Under the pieces are notes generated by a model. It was not told the origin of the DNA. It worked only from the letters and a program-made list of their open reading frames with translations, and did not search any database. A stretch of DNA of 64,000 nt from assembly GCA_965655095.1 (NCBI GenBank), contig OZ296650.1, forward strand, positions 4,154,001 through 4,218,000. Direction: 5' to 3'. The translations under genes were made by a program, and so were the position numbers. Positions 58,831-64,000 of this stretch are shown here, piece after piece; position 1 is the first letter of the stretch; each line of letters opens with the position of its first letter. The stretch is from Haplodiscus bocki. Lineage: Eukaryota.

Positions 58831-61800
58831 CCAAGCCACCGGTCCAAGTGGAAGATATAATCACAGCAAGACGCTATATTATATCAGACCCGCTCAGTCA
58901 ATACCACAAAACACTGCAATTCACCTGCAACGGACCCCCATCTTTTGTCTGGCAGCAACAGATTGAAACAGCCAAAATTACTCGATATAATAAAATGCAC
59001 ACAATACATAAACCCTCAACAAAAAATCAAACAGATTGTATACAAGAGTTTGACTACATTTAGACTGTTACCACAAACTGCAGACCATGACAAAAATTTC
59101 GTATACCCCCAATACGGACTTGACTCATATTGGGAAAACAACATTTATGAACAAGACTTATTGGAATACCATTAAAACAACTTTCACCCGTGAGCCAAAT
59201 GAGGGCGACGATATCATTACTGACTCACACGTGTCAGACAAGCTATGATGCGCTTTAATAAACCTATGGACAGTGAACACCCAATTGCCCGGTACATCAC
59301 CACTAACTCATTTTACACCTTTTGTACACCCATACAAAACCACGCAACAACCAGTCATAGACAATGAAATTGCCCTACGACTGACTTCTTTCCTTGATGG
59401 AAGCTTAAAATTACTACAACTTTCAACGAACCTTCATCATAAAATCAAAAGATGATTTTGTACTTTCCAATGGATTTCGGGCACTAAACAATTGACGGCC
59501 TGATCGAGACTGGCACCCTAACCAGCGCTATCGCAGAAGCCGTCATGCAACAGATCAAACAAATAGCGCCCCAAAAAAAACTTAAAAGAACGTCCCTCGC
59601 CAGTTTTTCAAATCATGGTGGCCAGCGGACAGTCGAGAACACCTATTGAAACAACCGATTTCCTCTTCGAAGTTGGTGATATGACATTTGTAGAGCGTTT
59701 CATGGTCACGCCTAAATTTGCGAATCCGTTATTCGAACTGTTATTTTTCACAACGCAATGGGACTGTATTGAACAACAGGCAAGGTATCCTTATTTTTCC
59801 ATCTTTCTCCATGCAACTCAAAGGTGCCAACAACTCGTACCCAAACATACGAGAACCCTTGTTCAACACACACAAAAAATTCTCCCACACCCAGGTAAAC
59901 AAAAAAAATTGGGTCAAATCCTAGAGCTGCACAGACAATGAGGTAACTGGAACCTTGCAACCGTCACAAAATCTTGAAAATAACGACGATATCACATTCT
60001 GCCAGCCATTATAGCTACCAAAAACCACCATTATAGGGTCTGAATCAACAAATTTTAAGACTACCCGTACACGCTTGAAAAAGCATCTCACATGGCAAAC
60101 TTTTCAATACTCACGCCTGATTAAATGAAATACAAACAAGCCATGGACCCAGCACCTGTCAAACACTTGCTGGTCATTATTCATAATGATGCTTTACAAC
60201 ATGTGAACAGCTTGCCTAAAATCTCTAGGGCAGATAACAGTGTTGATACCTATTGGTTCCCTACCTTGCAAAACCCCGGCAACCCAGGCGACCAGACACC
60301 TATACAAAAACACATCCTAACGGAAGTACACCCTTCGGAAGAACTATAGAAATTTGACCACAAGCAAACCAAAGTTCACGAGACCATATTTTATCCAATT
60401 TCGATTGCACAGATTACACACTTGATCAACAGAAAAAAGGCTATAGGGGACCCTTCGTCCAATTCAACGACATTTTTGCCAAGCATACACTTGACATTTG
60501 TTTTAACAATGACTTTTAAATCAAGGCGACGCCCACTGACGAGAGCTCAGCATTTAAACGAAGCCCTTCAGCTCCACTACAACCGAAAGAAGACATACAA
60601 GTGGAACTAGCGCAACCACACGAAAGTGGTATAATCACAACGGTCTTTTTCGATAGACACGCTAGCCCTATCTTCGCACAACTAAAATCCACTGGTAAAC
60701 TTCGACTACTGGTCGATCTGAAAAAAAATCAGTAAACTCGTATCTGATGATTTTAAAACAATAACCATTCTGTTAGCACGCTGGCGTATGGCTGGGAAAC
60801 AACTCTTTTGCAAACTGGACTTTTCCCATGCTTCTTACTGCTTACAAGTGGCCAAACAAAGACCAGTAGAAAAGCCAGCATTTAACTTCGCAAGTTGAAT
60901 GTTGGCGTACCGTAGGCCAGCCCAAGGACTCAGTAGATCCCTTTCAGCATTTTCCACCTTTTTTCCAGAATATCTCGATCCAGTCATCAAAGCGCAAAGC
61001 GGACCAATGCGCGTAATACGTTGACGACATTGGTATTACAGCAAATGACCCCAGCAATTAGTCAAAAACCTCGATGCAATTTTGGCATGCATACAAAAAA
61101 CCAGAATAAAACTAAATATGGCAAAATGCCACTTCGAAGAAGAACAATTCAACTTCCTTAGCCAAACCATAATACCGCATAAGGTTGGCCCAGAGAAACT
61201 CAAAATTGCAAAAATTCTAGAAAGAGTCACCTTACCACGATCCAAAAAAGCACTACAAAGATACATCGAATCCTTAAAAAATTACGAAAACTATATACCC
61301 AGCTTAGCTGATAGATTAACATCATTTATCCAGTTGGTAAAGTCAACCGATGCCAACGACTAAATCAGCATCACCCCAGAACTTTTCAACGAAGTGCGCA
61401 GCCTGAATGAGACAATGGACACATGTTGCGAACTTGCCCTTTGGCAACCATTTCCAGACAAACAATTGGTACTGGTGATTGGTGCTAGCTTCCAGGCTTC
61501 AAGATATGCAGTCTTACTTGAAGATAACCCCAATCATAACTACACTTCAACAAGAAAAACCTATGCACCAGTCCACTACGGGTAAGAAACATTTATCCGC
61601 TCCCAGATGAAAACGTCATTTCATGCTAGAAAAATATAGCTAATTATTTAGCACTAAAATGATTCGAGCATAACTTCTGGGGTGCTAACAGATCCATCAT
61701 CATAGTGAATGACAGTAAATCAGTTTAAAGATTATTCCAGACCAAAATGATACCGCCACCACTAAGGAACGCTTGTGACTTTGTGCTAGTGATCAATTTG

Positions 61801-63935
61801 TAATAGCATACAACCTTGGCAAAATTATTACTCCGGCAGACTTTTTATCAAGACTTGTAGTCGACTCAACTGAGGAAATAACCCGCAAAATACGAGAAGA
61901 TATACCAACTTAAACCATAGAATTCAACATAGAATCAACCGGCATCTCACCGGAAGAACCCGTCTTCAACACTGATGCCGACTTGATTGAAACTCCCGAA
62001 CGAGACATGTGGCAACGTCAAAGAGAAATGTGCAAAAATAGACCCCATCAACCACCGATCATAGTGATCGCCTCCCTTTATCATATTGACCCACCCAATA
62101 AACCTTCAATCATAGACATGGCACATTCCAATAAACTGTCAAGAATACTCATAGAACAAGATTCCGACCCTACTCTGATGAACTTTAAAAAAGAGATGCA
62201 CGGACTACTGTTGGAGGATCAAGTGCTACTAACGGACGGAAGATACATGAGCGACTCCAGAAATAGAAAACGCATCATTGTCAAACAAGACAAACTCTGA
62301 AGACAGTACTCTAACGAAGTAGGCGAAATCAGTCACCTGCAGGTGTTATTACCTGTACAGTTACTTACACACGCTAAAGATCCTTGCATGCCACAGGAAG
62401 CAAACACCCGTGAATCTCCCAAATGATGCAGGATAATCGACGCAATTACTACTTCCCATCAATTGCCAAGTATGTAAAAATTTGGCTACGGCATTGTGAA
62501 GCTTGGAAACAAGACAAACGAATCAGTAACATGAAAAAAGAACCCGAACTATTGAAAGTACCCGAATGGGACTTGGGACTGGAAGATGCCATGCAAATAC
62601 ACCTGCTGCCAGAATTACCACACGGCGGAGGCTACGAAAACAATTTCACAGCGATAGATCTTTTTTCTAGGTACGCTTTTGCATACCCTGTTTCCGACTC
62701 CATTGCAGTAAACCAAGCGGAAGTCAAAATAGATATTCTTACAAGACACGCATGCCTACCTACACTAGTGATCACAAAAAAAGATCGGTATTCAGTTCTG
62801 AAGTCGTTGTTGAGGAAGCAGCAGTATTGGGCATAACGTTGAAACATGCAACCGCTAAAAATGCACAAACGATTGGAGTCCTAGAACGAACACATGCAAC
62901 AAAAAAACATTACTGAAAATGGTGTCAGGAAATTATCGATATCTATGGCATAAAAACCTACCACTGGCAATTCTCAACTATAACACATTGTACCAAACAA
63001 GTCTCGAATGTAAGCCAAGCAGAGTTGTCCGATGCAGGCTCCTTTACAACAGACCTGAACAAAATGAGAACTCAATTTTGATTCTAACCTAAGGGTGAGC
63101 ACTAATTTCGCCGATTACTTATACAGAAGATTGTCAATTTTATACGAGAAAACCAAAAAGAACGTCATGTAGTCATATGTCAAATACAAAAAAAAACAAA
63201 AAGTATCATGACAAAAAAAGCAAGAACTTCGCCACTCGAAGATTCCGACTATTGTTACAATCTCCAACCCACAGTGGACCACCAAGGATCAAAAGTCCTT
63301 TTTCGAGCTTTCCGATGGATCGGTGCTTGTGTAATTGAAAAAGTATTACCAAACGAAATTTACGTAGTTCGCCGAATTAACACCAGAAAAACTCAAACTT
63401 TACACCAAATTAGATTACGGAAGTATAATAGCGATAAACCGCTTGATGATTCCTATCAACATGGAAATTTTCAACGACTGGAAAGCATAGTAGTATCGCA
63501 AGACAACCTATACACCATAGCTTGGAAAACCGAATTTGTACCAATTTTCGACAAACCGATCCCTTATCAAGATCCTAATATGATTGATTCAAACAGAAAT
63601 ATCGATAATGAAGTCCCTAATGACACTGAACATCAGAAAACTGACGACAGTGCAAATCTTACTCTTGACCCGGTCGTTGACCGACAAACGTCTCAAGACG
63701 TAGGTCAGAGCACGATCTCTGATCAAATCTCTGACCTGATTTCCGAAAATCACGCAAAAAGACAATCAGATACAATCTGAAACTAACGGAATAACACATA
63801 AAACTGAGAACATGAGCGATACAACGTCTGCATCAGAAAAGAACGTTTTGAAAGAAGAAAAAAAACACGCGAGGCGGAAAGTACAAGTTACGACCAAACT
63901 TGAGCCCCAACTGCTCAGATATCTACAGATATTGA
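58830..63935 (+). pseudogene. pol: Gypsy pol (PR-RT-RH-INT), many stops and frameshifts
   Basis: 'GLIETG' (~59497), 'GKLRLLVDL', 'YVDDI' (~61017), 'LVIGASFQAS', 'TAIDLFSRYAFAYP', 'GVLERTH', 'FRWIG'; ends 'PNCSDIYRY*'. Confidence 0.92.
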
Positions 63936-64000
63936 AAATAAGCAGATTATAAACTCTTCTCTAAAATAAATGTGACAAATGCAAATTAACAAGTTCCATA

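Larger units (their letters stand above)
56909..64000 (+). mobile_element. Decayed Gypsy element of the 0.8 kb LTR family: 5' LTR 56909-57718, PBS 57719, gag-pol; runs off the window
   Basis: LTR TGTGA…TCACA followed by TGGTGACAGG; gag, protease, RT, RNase H and integrase in Gypsy order. Confidence 0.9.

Noticed and set aside
58815-58835. -1 ribosomal frameshift site at the gag/pol junction (also ~51215-51230, minus)
   Set aside because: Both copies are too decayed ('ttttaactaa', 'ataaaactag') to call a slippery heptamer.

Overview
Eukaryotic, probably invertebrate, repeat-dense DNA with no host gene I can recognise. The centrepiece is a decayed but nearly complete ~18.4 kb Polinton/Maverick (adintovirus-like) endogenous virus at ~20340-38819. 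It has ~0.6-0.7 kb TIRs, protein-primed PolB, rve integrase, packaging ATPase, major and minor capsid proteins, an adenain-like protease, a repeat-stalk fibre ending in a MAM-like domain, a protease-processed core-like protein, an HNH nuclease and small membrane proteins. At least 13 of its ORFs start in a TAAATG context, the poxvirus late-promoter core. Around it lie Ty3/Gypsy LTR retrotransposons of unusual design: gag starts inside the LTR (~135 codons in the 1.7 kb LTR family, ~193 codons in the 0.8 kb family) and reads through the LTR end and the PBS (TGGTGACA). One solo LTR (7932-13116, TSD GTGCC) has grown to 5.2 kb by 4x tandem amplification of its U3/TATA segment. One pol copy is followed by an antisense, apparently spliced zinc-finger gene upstream of an LTR fragment. 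Also present are a 5'-truncated CR1/L2-group LINE with a (CAA)n tail, a MITE, and very old Gypsy remnants. All family assignments come from recognising motifs by eye; no searches were run.
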